36,940 bases of DNA from Methanothrix sp. (GCA_037128175.1 JBAXWY010000025.1:1-36940), one strand, 5' to 3'. Positions 8,517-18,606 are shown, numbered from the stretch's first letter. The notes: generated from the letters alone by a model not told the origin. A program made the numbers and translations.

Positions 8517-9005
8517 ATGAATTCCATAACGTTGAGGGAGCTTGCCAGGCTCATATTATGCATAGCTATATGCCAGAGCGCCGGAGTCATAGGCTCGGTA
8601 TTTACGGCCAGTTCGGTTACTACCTGGTATCCGACCCTTGTTAAGCCCTGGTTTGCGCCGCCAGGATTGATCATATCTGCCGTCTGGATCGGCCTCTTTG
8701 TCCTCATGGGCCTGTCTCTTTTTTTGATATGGGGGAAGGGGATAAGCAGCACGAACGGCAAAATTGCCTTGGGCGTATTTGCAGCCCAGCTCCTGGTCAA
8801 TATTCTCTGGTCCTATGCATTTTTTGGTTTGCAGTCACCCCTGGTCGCAGTCATAGTAATTGTGGTCCTCTGGCTTCTCATACTGCAATGCATCATCCGG
8901 TTTTGGTCCATCAGCAAAGATGCGGCCCTGCTTCTCGTTCCTTACGTTCTCTGGGTGAGCTTTGCAGCTTTTCTCAATTACACCATCTGGAGACTCAATC
9001 CATGA
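8517..9005 (+). CDS. tspO: TspO/MBR tryptophan-rich sensory protein
   Basis: WYPTLVKPWFAPP, NILWSYAFFG, LLVPYVLWVSFA; five hydrophobic helices. Confidence 0.95.
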   Translation: MNSITLRELARLILCIAICQSAGVIGSVFTASSVTTWYPTLVKPWFAPPGLIISAVWIGLFVLMGLSLFLIWGKGISSTNGKIALGVFAAQLLVNILWSYAFFGLQSPLVAVIVIVVLWLLILQCIIRFWSISKDAALLLVPYVLWVSFAAFLNYTIWRLNP

Positions 9006-9074
9006 AGTTTTGCCTCTGCACCGACCGATTCAAATATAAGCATAGCATTCGATATTAAAACGGTGCTCATAACA

Positions 9075-9755
9075 ATGCAAAATAGAATTATTGTGTTATT
9101 ATTATCATCAGTCATGTTCTTGCTTGCGGCGACAGGTGTCGCTGCCGCGTTTTCTGAGGATTCCGTTTCTGAAGATTCCATCACGGGCAATTCATCTTAC
9201 AATAATTCATCTATCTATTTTACAGGCCAAAACATAATCTCCGGCGCTCCTGTGGACCTTTCTGTAGGAAGCGGCTACTATTCTTCCCATCCTATTGCCG
9301 TTGGCTCTAAAATAGGCAGCCGAACAGAGCTTGTTAATGGCGACTCCACCACGTCAATGAGCCACGAGGTAGGCTCTGCAGAGGAAGTTTCAGGGAGAAC
9401 GGAATATGCAGCCACTTCCAGTAGCATGCGGGGCGATTACGAGACTATCAACTTCGCCACAACAAAGATGCAGATCGATGAAACCGTCACGAACGGCAAG
9501 GTCGATATCGGTGTGCTTTCAGGAAGCGATGGCCATGCTTGGAAAAATCCGGCCATAGAGATCGATGAGGAATACATTGGCACATATCATATAACAAAAA
9601 ATTTTGCTATTAACAACAGCTACTCTAGAAATAGCTTTAAAGACGGCTGGCTCAATTGCTGTGGCGGAAGTTATGATATTTATCCCCCAAAACCGGTGCT
9701 TCTCAGCGCAGATGATGTCTTTAATTGCAAAAAATGCAATCACATATCTCGTTAA
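9075..9755 (+). CDS. Secreted hypothetical protein with Cys-rich C-terminus
   Basis: Signal peptide; Ser/Thr/Asn-rich; WLNCC and FNCKKC near the end. Confidence 0.8.
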   Translation: MQNRIIVLLLSSVMFLLAATGVAAAFSEDSVSEDSITGNSSYNNSSIYFTGQNIISGAPVDLSVGSGYYSSHPIAVGSKIGSRTELVNGDSTTSMSHEVGSAEEVSGRTEYAATSSSMRGDYETINFATTKMQIDETVTNGKVDIGVLSGSDGHAWKNPAIEIDEEYIGTYHITKNFAINNSYSRNSFKDGWLNCCGGSYDIYPPKPVLLSADDVFNCKKCNHISR

Positions 9756-9769
9756 TAAGGGTGTAATAA

Positions 9770-11140
9770 ATGCTCTTGGAAAGAATTGTCTCTCCCGGCC
9801 TTGCTCATTACTCCTATCTGGTAGGCGACAAGAACCAGGCTCTGGTAATTGATCCCAGAAGAGACGTTGATGTCTACCTAAAAATGGCCACCGAGGCGGG
9901 CATGAGAATAGCTCACGTACTGGAAACGCATAGGAATGAAGATTATTTTGTTGGATCAATGGAGCTGGCTGGACGGACGGGGGCACAGGTCTGGCATGCC
10001 GACGGTCAATGGGAATACCAGTACGGACAGCCTGTCACTGCCGGCCAGAAATGGAAGGTGGGCCGCCTGGAGGTCGAGGCCATTGCCACGCCCGGCCACA
10101 CTCCGGGAAGCATGAGTTACCTGCTGCGCGATCCGTCCGGCATTCCCTGGATGCTCTTTTGCGGGGAAACTCTCTTTGCCGGAGAGGTGGGCAGAATCGA
10201 TCTGATGGGCAAAGATATGGCCGCGGAAAATGCCGGACTGCTTTACGAGAGCCTCTTCGAGCGGCTGCTGCCGCTGGGCGACGAGGTCATCCTCTGCCCG
10301 GCGCACGGGTCTGGGTCAGTGTGCGGCGAGTTAATTGCCGAGCGCCTCTGGACTACCATTGGTCTAGAGAAAAAGCACAATGCCAGGCTGCACGTAAAGA
10401 GCAAAGAGCAGTTTGTGGCCTCAATATTAAAGAGCCAGCCGGATAGGCCTCCCTATTTCCGCCGCATGGAAAAGGTGAATCTGGAAGGCAGGCCGATACT
10501 GGGAGCCCTGCCATCCCCTCAGCCCCTGGATGCCAAGAGCTTTTTTGCCCTTTCTGAGAAGCAGAATGCCCAGATCCTGGACACGCGACCGGAGCTGGCC
10601 TTCGGTGCTGCTCACGTTCCTGGCTCTCAATCCATCTGGCAGGAGGGTTTAGCCAGCTTTGCCGGCTGGTTTCTCAGCTACGATCGGCCCATTCTTCTTG
10701 TAGGCGAGGGCAATTTTGTCGAGAACATCGCTGTCATTCTCCTGCGCCAAGGGTTCGATGACATCGCCGGATTTTTGGCGGGAGGCATGCTTAGCTGGCA
10801 TATGTCCGGACTGGAGTCGGCTGCCATCAGAACGCTTACAGTGCAAGAGCTCTGCCGCTTGCTGGACGAGGGTGAGCCTTCTTGGATTTTGGATGTCAGA
10901 TTCGAGAGTGAGCTTTTAAGAGACGGCAAAATCGACAAAGCACAGCATATTCCCATTACTACCATCGCAAAGAGTTTGGACGAGGTGCCTAAAGATCGGG
11001 AAGTATACGTCTTCTGCGGCAGCGGCATGCGATCCATGGTGGCGGCAAGCTTTCTAAAGGCGCGGGGCTGGAAGAGACTGGCCGTCATTTTAGGAGGCAT
11101 GGCCGGCTGGAAATCGAGGACGTGCCCCCTAAAAAAATAG
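9770..11140 (+). CDS. MBL-fold metallo-hydrolase with two rhodanese domains
   Basis: VIDPRRD, ETHRNEDY, TPGHTPG, PAHG; rhodanese loop FCGSGMRS. Confidence 0.92.
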   Translation: MLLERIVSPGLAHYSYLVGDKNQALVIDPRRDVDVYLKMATEAGMRIAHVLETHRNEDYFVGSMELAGRTGAQVWHADGQWEYQYGQPVTAGQKWKVGRLEVEAIATPGHTPGSMSYLLRDPSGIPWMLFCGETLFAGEVGRIDLMGKDMAAENAGLLYESLFERLLPLGDEVILCPAHGSGSVCGELIAERLWTTIGLEKKHNARLHVKSKEQFVASILKSQPDRPPYFRRMEKVNLEGRPILGALPSPQPLDAKSFFALSEKQNAQILDTRPELAFGAAHVPGSQSIWQEGLASFAGWFLSYDRPILLVGEGNFVENIAVILLRQGFDDIAGFLAGGMLSWHMSGLESAAIRTLTVQELCRLLDEGEPSWILDVRFESELLRDGKIDKAQHIPITTIAKSLDEVPKDREVYVFCGSGMRSMVAASFLKARGWKRLAVILGGMAGWKSRTCPLKK

Positions 11141-11194
11141 TGGGCAGATTCGTGCCGTGCTGCTCACCATAATTGCTCTTTTTTTGGGCATGTA

Positions 11195-12718
11195 TTATAA
11201 TTCTATCTTTTCTCTTTCGCCAGGCGCTAAATTGAAGACGATGGTCTTGAGGTTGGTCATCTCCTCGATGCTGTAACCGATGCCCTCTCGCCCCAGTCCG
11301 GATTGTTTTATTCCACCGAATGGGAAATAGCCCACGCCATGGGATGGATAATCGTTGATGGTAACCTCGCCGCATTCCAGGGCCCTGGCCACGCGCCACA
11401 TGCGGGAGAAGTCCCTGGTAAAGACGCATGACTCCAGGCCGAAATTAGATTGTCGGGCAAAATTCAGAGCCTCTTGCTCGTCCTTGCAGCGGATAATGCT
11501 GATCACTGGCCCAAAGACCTCTTCTCGGGCAATTTTTGCATGCGGGGGAACATAGTCAAGTACCGTTGGCTCAAAGTATGTGCTCTGGAATTTGCCACCC
11601 CTCAATAGCTGGGCTCCATTTGTTACGGCATCCTTGACCAGGTCATTTATGCTGGCTGCAGCCCGAAGGCTAATGACTGGGCCGATGGTGACCGATGGGT
11701 CCCTGGGATCGCCCAGTTTCCATTTGTCAACCTCTGTAACTATCTTAACGCTTAAGGTTTCAGCTATTGGCTCTGTGGCCAGGATGGCGCTTACGGCATC
11801 GCACCTCTGCCCTGCAAACTTTAACGATCCTTGGACGCATTTGGCGGCAGCTAGATCCAGATCTGCATCCTCTAGGACCAGGGCGTAGGCCTTTCCTCCC
11901 AGCTCCAGGTGAAGCCTCTTCATAACCGCCATTTGAGAGATCCTTTTTCCCACGGGAGTGCTGCCCGTAAAGTTGATCATATCCACATTCTCGCTCTTTA
12001 CCAGCGCGTCTCCGCTCTCTTCTCCCCTGCCCGTAATCAGGTTCATGCTTCCTTTGGGCACTCCTGCGCTCTCCAGAACTCTGGTCAGCAGGATGGCGGA
12101 TATGGGATTGCTGCTGGAGGGCTTTATGACCACCGAGTTTCCGGCCAGAAGGGCAGGCACGATCTTGGTGGTGGCAATGAATAGGGGGTAGTTGAAGGGA
12201 ATAATGGCAGCCACCACGCCAACCGGCTCGCGGATTATAACGGCCATCTTCTCTTTGGTGCTGTAGTTCCATTCCCCTTGGATTACCTCTCCCCAAAACC
12301 GCTCGGCCTCTTGCCTAGAGAGTCGTAGCCTCTGCACGGCAGCATCAAACTCTCCTTTTGCATCGCTTTTTGTCTTGCCGGCCTCAATCTGAAGCACACG
12401 CACGAACTCGTCCCGGTGCTTTTCCATCAGGGCTACGGCGCGTTCAAAGATCTCGATGCGTTCCCTGCCAGGCAGTTCATTGATTCCCCTTTTCTCTTTG
12501 GCCGCCTTCGTTGCTGAAATGACATCGCTTACAGTTGCCATCTGGGCCTTTGCCACGATGCTGCCGTCGATTGGGGTATGAACGTCCAGCAGCTCTCCTC
12601 TCTCGCTACTTCGCCAGTTACCGTCTATCAGCATCTTGAAGACGGCAATTCCGTTTTGTGTGTCATAAATTCCGTCAAAGGCGGAGCTTAATTCCAGGTC
12701 TAAATCACCGTTTGCCAT
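11195..12718 (-). CDS. Aldehyde dehydrogenase, GAPN-like (non-phosphorylating glyceraldehyde-3-phosphate dehydrogenase)
   Basis: PFNYP, FTGS, LELGGK, GQRCDA, EEVFGP, YFPFGGIKQSG. Confidence 0.88.
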   Translation of the reverse strand: MANGDLDLELSSAFDGIYDTQNGIAVFKMLIDGNWRSSERGELLDVHTPIDGSIVAKAQMATVSDVISATKAAKEKRGINELPGRERIEIFERAVALMEKHRDEFVRVLQIEAGKTKSDAKGEFDAAVQRLRLSRQEAERFWGEVIQGEWNYSTKEKMAVIIREPVGVVAAIIPFNYPLFIATTKIVPALLAGNSVVIKPSSSNPISAILLTRVLESAGVPKGSMNLITGRGEESGDALVKSENVDMINFTGSTPVGKRISQMAVMKRLHLELGGKAYALVLEDADLDLAAAKCVQGSLKFAGQRCDAVSAILATEPIAETLSVKIVTEVDKWKLGDPRDPSVTIGPVISLRAAASINDLVKDAVTNGAQLLRGGKFQSTYFEPTVLDYVPPHAKIAREEVFGPVISIIRCKDEQEALNFARQSNFGLESCVFTRDFSRMWRVARALECGEVTINDYPSHGVGYFPFGGIKQSGLGREGIGYSIEEMTNLKTIVFNLAPGEREKIEL

Positions 12719-12809
12719 TTGTATCAAATCCTAAACTAAAAAATCAAAAAAAATGGATCGAGATAATCAGCTCCTCGATCCCGAAAAAAGAATGAATCTA
12801 TCTATTTCT

Positions 12810-13754
12810 TTACATGGCGAGCCTTATGGGCACAAGCACCTGGTCTATGACGTAGACAATGCCGTTAGCATATCTCTCGGACTTCAAGACATTTGCACCG
12901 CCCACCAGGCCCATGTTTAGATCGACTGCCAGGGAGTCTCCCTGCATGGTCTTGGCGGAATTAGTTTCGGTCATGTTGAGCAGGTTCTTGGCATCCACCA
13001 TATGGTAGGACAGTAGATTCATCATGCCTGCATCTTTCTTGCTGATGGCATCAAGGGTCGCTTTGGCATTATCAAATGCGCTGTCGCTTGGGGCGAATAC
13101 CGTAAAGGGCCCGCCAGCTAAACTAACAAATCCCATCAATCCCTGGCCGTTGAGTGTCTCTGCCAGTCCTGCGGAATTGATAGCGGACGCGAATTTTTTG
13201 GCGCCCAGATCATTGGCTGCTTCAGCCACACCCTGGCTGGAAGCGGTCTCTGGCAGCAGCACTTTGTCGATCACATAGATGGTGCCGTTGTCGTAGCTCT
13301 TGGACGCTGTGACATTGGCTCCATTTACTTTCATGCCGGCGGTGTTGTCAATGGTCAAATTCTCCCCTTGCAGTGTTTTTGCTGAGGAGAGCTCGGAGAT
13401 GTTTTCAAAGCGCCCGTCATTCCAGACGATGTGATAGCTGAGTATCCTTTTCAGCTCGGTAGCGTTCTCCTTGATGGAGTTCATGTCAACATCAGTAACT
13501 GCTGCAAAGGCCTCATCGCTGGGCGCGAAGATCACGAAGGACCCGGGGCCGATTATGAGCACACCCTGGTTATTCAGAGTATTCGCCAGTCCCGCGCCGT
13601 CCATGGCCGCAGCGAATTCTTTGAGGCCCAGCTCGCTGGCCGCATCGTTAACTCCCATTTTTGCCGCCCCGCTATCCTGGGCGAAGCCTGAGATCGTGCA
13701 CAGCACTGCTGCTATGAACAAAAGGCTCAGAATTGTACCAATTTTTTTGAACAT
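12810..13754 (-). CDS. Secreted tandem fasciclin (FAS1) domain protein
   Basis: Two copies of FAPSDxAF ... LSYH ... NGxxYVIDxVL; signal peptide. Confidence 0.95.
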   Translation of the reverse strand: MFKKIGTILSLLFIAAVLCTISGFAQDSGAAKMGVNDAASELGLKEFAAAMDGAGLANTLNNQGVLIIGPGSFVIFAPSDEAFAAVTDVDMNSIKENATELKRILSYHIVWNDGRFENISELSSAKTLQGENLTIDNTAGMKVNGANVTASKSYDNGTIYVIDKVLLPETASSQGVAEAANDLGAKKFASAINSAGLAETLNGQGLMGFVSLAGGPFTVFAPSDSAFDNAKATLDAISKKDAGMMNLLSYHMVDAKNLLNMTETNSAKTMQGDSLAVDLNMGLVGGANVLKSERYANGIVYVIDQVLVPIRLAM

Positions 13755-13878
13755 AACTTAACCTCCACTCTTTTCAACAGCGAAGTTATAGCCGGGCTTA
13801 AAGATATATTTATTGGCAGCATGAGGGCATATAGTTGGCAACCTGTCTCAAGCTCTACTCGTAGGCACTACTGTAGGC

Positions 13879-15003
13879 ATGGGCAAGGCCGAAAAGTTGA
13901 ATACCTATCGGGTGTTAAGCATATCTGTGAATTCAAGCCCCATTCTCTTCGCAATTTTGATGGTCATTCTTTCCTTTGCTTATCCAGCTTCTGCCCACGT
14001 GCCCCTCATGGCCGGAGGAAATGAGAACATCTCTTCAGCCATGCACATATCCGATCCGGGTAAGTCCTGGGCGGTTTATGGCTCTCTTGAGAAGTATGTG
14101 GTGCATTACTACAGCTTCGATCTGGAGGAGGGCGAGCGAATTTATCTCTCTCTTTTCAAGTCCACCGATGCAAAAGAAAAGGATTTTCTTCCCGCCCTGA
14201 CGCTCTTGGGTCCGGGATTGAATACGAGTGTGCAGCCACCAAGGCAGTTAGCTCTGCCACGGGTTGCTTTGGGCCTGAAAATTCTGGCTGCGGACGGCAA
14301 GGGCGCTGATGGTGCCGTCTACGAGCCCTTCGGTCCCAGCAGTTTCCAAGAAATCGCGAATATAAACATATCTGCTCCAAAATCGGCCCGCTACTATGCG
14401 GCGGTTTATAGTAATTATAGTAATAGTAGTGTTGTTAATGATATCAGTAATAGCAATGAATTCCAAAATAGCACCCTCGGACATTACGGATTAGCGGTGG
14501 GCTATCGGGAGGAGTTCGGCTTCTTGGAGAGGATTACCATGCCTTTGCGGCTCATATCCGTTTACCTCTGGGAGGGGCAGAGCCTGGGAGTAATCCTCAT
14601 TCCCTACCTGGTAGCCGAGATATTAGCTCTCCTGTTCTTCTGGCGCGGCTCTCGACGCACCTCATTTTGCCTGGCCGGATCTCTGGCCGGATTTCTCTTC
14701 CTGGCCAGCAGCGCCTCCGTCTTCACCCAGATGGTCTTCAATCTCACTCGCGCTCCCTTTGGGCCGGAGGTGTACATCACAGTGGCGTTCGTCGTTTTGC
14801 ATGCATTCTTGGGTGTGGCAACCATTCGTCTGGCCAGAGGTGAGGCGGGGATACTGCAAAGAGTCCTTCTGGCAGTCCTTGGAACTTTGGCCCTGCTGGC
14901 CGGCTCGGGGCTGATCATGGGTCCCATCCTGGCCGTGGCAGCAAGCTTACTGCCCTCTAAGAGTGGAAGCATTTTCGGCCCAAGGGCGCAAGAGATAAAT
15001 TGA
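13879..15003 (+). CDS. Hypothetical membrane protein (signal peptide, extracellular domain, C-terminal TM bundle); true start may be downstream
   Basis: ASA|HVP cleavage-like site; 4-5 hydrophobic segments at the C-terminus. Confidence 0.8.
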   Translation: MGKAEKLNTYRVLSISVNSSPILFAILMVILSFAYPASAHVPLMAGGNENISSAMHISDPGKSWAVYGSLEKYVVHYYSFDLEEGERIYLSLFKSTDAKEKDFLPALTLLGPGLNTSVQPPRQLALPRVALGLKILAADGKGADGAVYEPFGPSSFQEIANINISAPKSARYYAAVYSNYSNSSVVNDISNSNEFQNSTLGHYGLAVGYREEFGFLERITMPLRLISVYLWEGQSLGVILIPYLVAEILALLFFWRGSRRTSFCLAGSLAGFLFLASSASVFTQMVFNLTRAPFGPEVYITVAFVVLHAFLGVATIRLARGEAGILQRVLLAVLGTLALLAGSGLIMGPILAVAASLLPSKSGSIFGPRAQEIN

Positions 15004-15058
15004 TTAATGCAAAATTTTTAAATAGAATTAGAAATATACTGTGGGTGGAGGAAAGATA

Positions 15059-16057
15059 ATGCTCCAAAATAAGGCTATGTCATTGCTGATATTGCTGGCT
15101 CTGATTTCAGTGGCTGCCTTGAGCGGCTGCACTGAAAAATCCGAAAAAAAACCTTTGTCTGTCACCAACTTGGAGATTGTTCCCGGACAGATAAAGACAT
15201 CGACAATAGAATTGTTCGTCACAACTTACATCCGGAATTCAGATGAGGGTACGGCTGCCAAGAGCAGCAAAAATACAACCCTGCTTCTGAAGGCCACAAG
15301 CTCCGATAGAGACTTCCTGGTCAACCAGACCACGGCATTTATCGGTAAGGTCGCGCCTGACGAGACCGTTAATGTCACTTCCATCTTGACACTTCCCAAG
15401 AAAGGCGGCTACAGCCTTGAGGCCACGCTCTTTGAGGAAGGCAAGGAAGTGGATAGGGGATACAGGACGGTCTACGATCTGGAGAGTCTTCCCGCCGACA
15501 ACAGGGCCATCAACCTGAGGATCGACGGCATCGACTTCCTGGTGCGAAAGGCGGCGGAGGAGAAGGTAGTCATCCAGAGTGACATCTATGTGACCAACTT
15601 TGGAGCCAAGGCAAGCCAGGATTACAAACTGATGCTAAAAGCTACCGACATCGATTCTAAGCTGGTGGCGGATAAGCAGTGGAGCAATACCGGGATAATC
15701 GCCCCCGACGAGACTGTCATAAGGAGTGTTAACCTCACGGTTCCTGACAGGTACAACTACGTTGTGGATGTTCTTATCTGGAGCAATTCCACCATCGTCG
15801 GCCAGGGGCAGGATTATGTGCAGCTCAATGCCACGACCATGCTGGGAGAAAAGGAGCGTTTGGCTGCCAGAGGAACGAAGACCGGGGCATTCGTTAATGA
15901 GGAAGCGGCGGCAGAGCCTGCAGAGATGAGGGTCAGCCAATTCGAAAACGCTACAATGTCATCGGAGGCCACAAGAGAGCAGCCTGATTTCCTGGCGCTA
16001 ACGGCTCTGACCATGATCGGTCTGGCGGCGGTGGCGCTGCGAAAGAGACGATCGTAA
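15059..16057 (+). CDS. Surface protein with lipobox-like signal, two repeated Ig-like domains and a PGF-CTERM-like tail
   Basis: ALSGC; repeated (V/I)APDETV; C-terminal QPDF-hydrophobic helix-RKRRS; GGAGG RBS. Confidence 0.85.
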   Translation: MLQNKAMSLLILLALISVAALSGCTEKSEKKPLSVTNLEIVPGQIKTSTIELFVTTYIRNSDEGTAAKSSKNTTLLLKATSSDRDFLVNQTTAFIGKVAPDETVNVTSILTLPKKGGYSLEATLFEEGKEVDRGYRTVYDLESLPADNRAINLRIDGIDFLVRKAAEEKVVIQSDIYVTNFGAKASQDYKLMLKATDIDSKLVADKQWSNTGIIAPDETVIRSVNLTVPDRYNYVVDVLIWSNSTIVGQGQDYVQLNATTMLGEKERLAARGTKTGAFVNEEAAAEPAEMRVSQFENATMSSEATREQPDFLALTALTMIGLAAVALRKRRS

Positions 16058-16264
16058 GATATTATATATTTTTAAATTTTTAGTTGATCAATTAATCTTG
16101 TGCTATTTTCCGTCTCTGAGCGTGATGCTATATTTCCTCGCGAAACACCTTAAATTTGTATGTGCATAGCTTATAGAACTTTAATATTATGATACCATAA
16201 GCTTTTTATCTAGAAACATCCTATCTGATTTGGAATCACGGAACGTGGATTCAAAATAGTAGGT

Positions 16265-17860
16265 GTGAATATGAAAATTAGCAAAATTTTATTGTGTATG
16301 GCTGTGCTCGTTTGCCTTGCAGTTGTGGCATCCGCACAGGACCCACTGGGCAGCGGCTCCAGTGGCAACTCAATGGGATCCAGCGGAGATTGGATTAGCC
16401 CCAACATGGGACAAGTATACACCCGTACAAATTCTGATCCGGGACTCTCTGGCATGCTCAGGTGGCTCGATACGCCCGTTCCCTCCTTCCCCTGGTACAC
16501 CTCGGGTGGTTCCTTCTATAGCCAACCGTATAGCTACACAACTTTCTCTCCCTATACTGAGTACTATACAACCACTGGTATGCCTGTAGTGGGTGGAATA
16601 ATAAGCAATCCCACCAAGTTCGATATAGTGCAGAAAACACCTTCCACTGTATACTACGGTGCCGGTGTTGGGTTGCCATTCACTCAGTATTCATCCACAG
16701 TGCCATCCAATACCAACGACCTCTGGATTCAGGGAGCAACAAATTGGACACAGTATGTAGTAAGCCCTGTCGGAACCTGGTTGCAGCTAATCGCTTACGC
16801 ACCCGTTGAAGGACCGGCGGGCTTCTATGAGACGACCCAGACTGATACAACCAGTTCGAAGTACAATACTTACCAGTTCAACCAGGGTTATAACACTATG
16901 AACTTCAATGCTGACAAGGTTGGAAGGCACATGCTATACTTTGTGGTGAACAGCCAGCCGAGCAACGTTGTAGTTGTGGATGTTTTTGCCCAGGTTCCGG
17001 CAGATTTAACGGAGCCAGGTTTAACGCAGTCAGAAAATGTAGCTGTAGCAGCTCCAGATACGCATCAGCTCGGACCTTATGCAGTATCTTTCAATATGAA
17101 CACTGATATGAGATATCAGATCCAGACACCAGATCCGGCGGTCTATCCTTTTGCTACCATCTATCCGCTTGTGATAAAAACGGATAATACAACCGGTGCA
17201 TCCATAAGCATAACTCAATACAACAATCTCACACCCTCAATTATTGGAGTGAACGAGGAGATCGCAGCCATGCAAATGGCACTCAGAGGCATTAACGTCA
17301 CTGCTCCCGAGGAGATGGTCATCGACAACATGGACGGTTTCTTGCTCTCTGGAACGCCTTTCGCCAGCACGGGTAACGTTTCTCCCAGTCTTATGTTCTA
17401 CCAGTCCCAATACTGGCTGGACAGCAAGGACTGTGAGTGCGGCCCGGTCTCTGTTGGCACAGTGCTTGTGAATATCGCCTCGACGTATCCCCACGATGTA
17501 ACAGAGGGTCTGCTGAGCAGCATCCACGTAGCTTCCGGCCAGATGACCCCCACGCAAGCCCAGGATCTTAACATCTCAATAACTCCACCTTCAAATAATG
17601 TTCTAGAAGAGACATTCGGCTTTATTGAGGGTAGAGTATATGATCAGAAGAATGGTGTGGGAGTGGCCTCGGCTGAGATAACGGTGGATTATAACCCTAC
17701 GAGAGTAATGACAGACGCCCTTGGCAATTACCGGGTAAAGGTTCTGCCATCACAGCATAGCATCGGGGCTCAGTCATCAAATTACAGCGTTATACCATCT
17801 TCAGTCATGGCATACAGGAACCAGACAACCAAACTGGATCTTAAAGCTGTGAGCAGGTAA
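16265..17860 (+). CDS. Secreted multidomain protein with C-terminal carboxypeptidase-regulatory-like domain
   Basis: Signal peptide; Tyr/Thr-rich region; GPYAVSF domain; GFIEGRVYD...TDALGNY. Confidence 0.85.
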   Translation: MNMKISKILLCMAVLVCLAVVASAQDPLGSGSSGNSMGSSGDWISPNMGQVYTRTNSDPGLSGMLRWLDTPVPSFPWYTSGGSFYSQPYSYTTFSPYTEYYTTTGMPVVGGIISNPTKFDIVQKTPSTVYYGAGVGLPFTQYSSTVPSNTNDLWIQGATNWTQYVVSPVGTWLQLIAYAPVEGPAGFYETTQTDTTSSKYNTYQFNQGYNTMNFNADKVGRHMLYFVVNSQPSNVVVVDVFAQVPADLTEPGLTQSENVAVAAPDTHQLGPYAVSFNMNTDMRYQIQTPDPAVYPFATIYPLVIKTDNTTGASISITQYNNLTPSIIGVNEEIAAMQMALRGINVTAPEEMVIDNMDGFLLSGTPFASTGNVSPSLMFYQSQYWLDSKDCECGPVSVGTVLVNIASTYPHDVTEGLLSSIHVASGQMTPTQAQDLNISITPPSNNVLEETFGFIEGRVYDQKNGVGVASAEITVDYNPTRVMTDALGNYRVKVLPSQHSIGAQSSNYSVIPSSVMAYRNQTTKLDLKAVSR

Positions 17861-17982
17861 ATTGAATTTCGCCAACGCCAAGGAGCTAGGATACATTAGT
17901 TCATCCTGGCTCCGAGAATAATTTTTGGGCCGATCGTTGATCGATGATATAAGATCAGGAATGAAGACATCGACTCTTACAA

Positions 17983-18606
17983 TCAACCTTCGCTCAGAAA
18001 ATCTTCGAGGGTAGCATTTCTCTTATTTTGTACAAGCCTTAGGCCCGCTGAATCCTGATCTCTTTTAGGCATGTGCCTGTCAAATGCCGCCTTATTCTTT
18101 CTCTCGGGACAGTACTGGCTGTCGTAGTAGATCTGCCAGAGGCCTTCCACATTAGACAGATCCTCGCTTGATCCATCCTGGCTGCAATGCAGGGCGCCCT
18201 TCAGCTTCTCCAGGGTTATGGCCATCCCTCCACTATGATTCCGCCAGATTCTGCCCTCCCGGCAGAGCGCAATCCAGCTCTCGCTGCCGTTTCCCAGTAC
18301 TACTATTATCCCGGCGTTCCTGCGGGCGAGAGTGTCGCAGATGTGTTCTTCAATTTTGTGCCTGGGCTTGAAAAAGCCATAAAGCACTCGATCGCCCAGG
18401 GGCTGCAATCTCACAAATGCCTTCATACGGTGCGCTTCTCCCAAAACAGCAAAGACCATCTTTTTTATGCGGGCAACTTCTGGATGAATGCAAACTTCCA
18501 CCTCCTCTGGTGTGAGATTCCCTGCTCTGGCAAGAAGCCTCTCATTACAGTCCTCATGCAGGGAGAGGTAGTAGAGGAAGTTGTCCGGAATCTTCAAGCC
18601 TGCCAC
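17983..18606 (-). CDS. DUF4130 / TIGR03915-like putative DNA repair protein
   Basis: EAHRMKAFVR, LWQIYYDS...PERKN....HMPKR; overlaps the radical SAM gene. Confidence 0.88.
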   Translation of the reverse strand: MAGLKIPDNFLYYLSLHEDCNERLLARAGNLTPEEVEVCIHPEVARIKKMVFAVLGEAHRMKAFVRLQPLGDRVLYGFFKPRHKIEEHICDTLARRNAGIIVVLGNGSESWIALCREGRIWRNHSGGMAITLEKLKGALHCSQDGSSEDLSNVEGLWQIYYDSQYCPERKNKAAFDRHMPKRDQDSAGLRLVQNKRNATLEDFLSEG

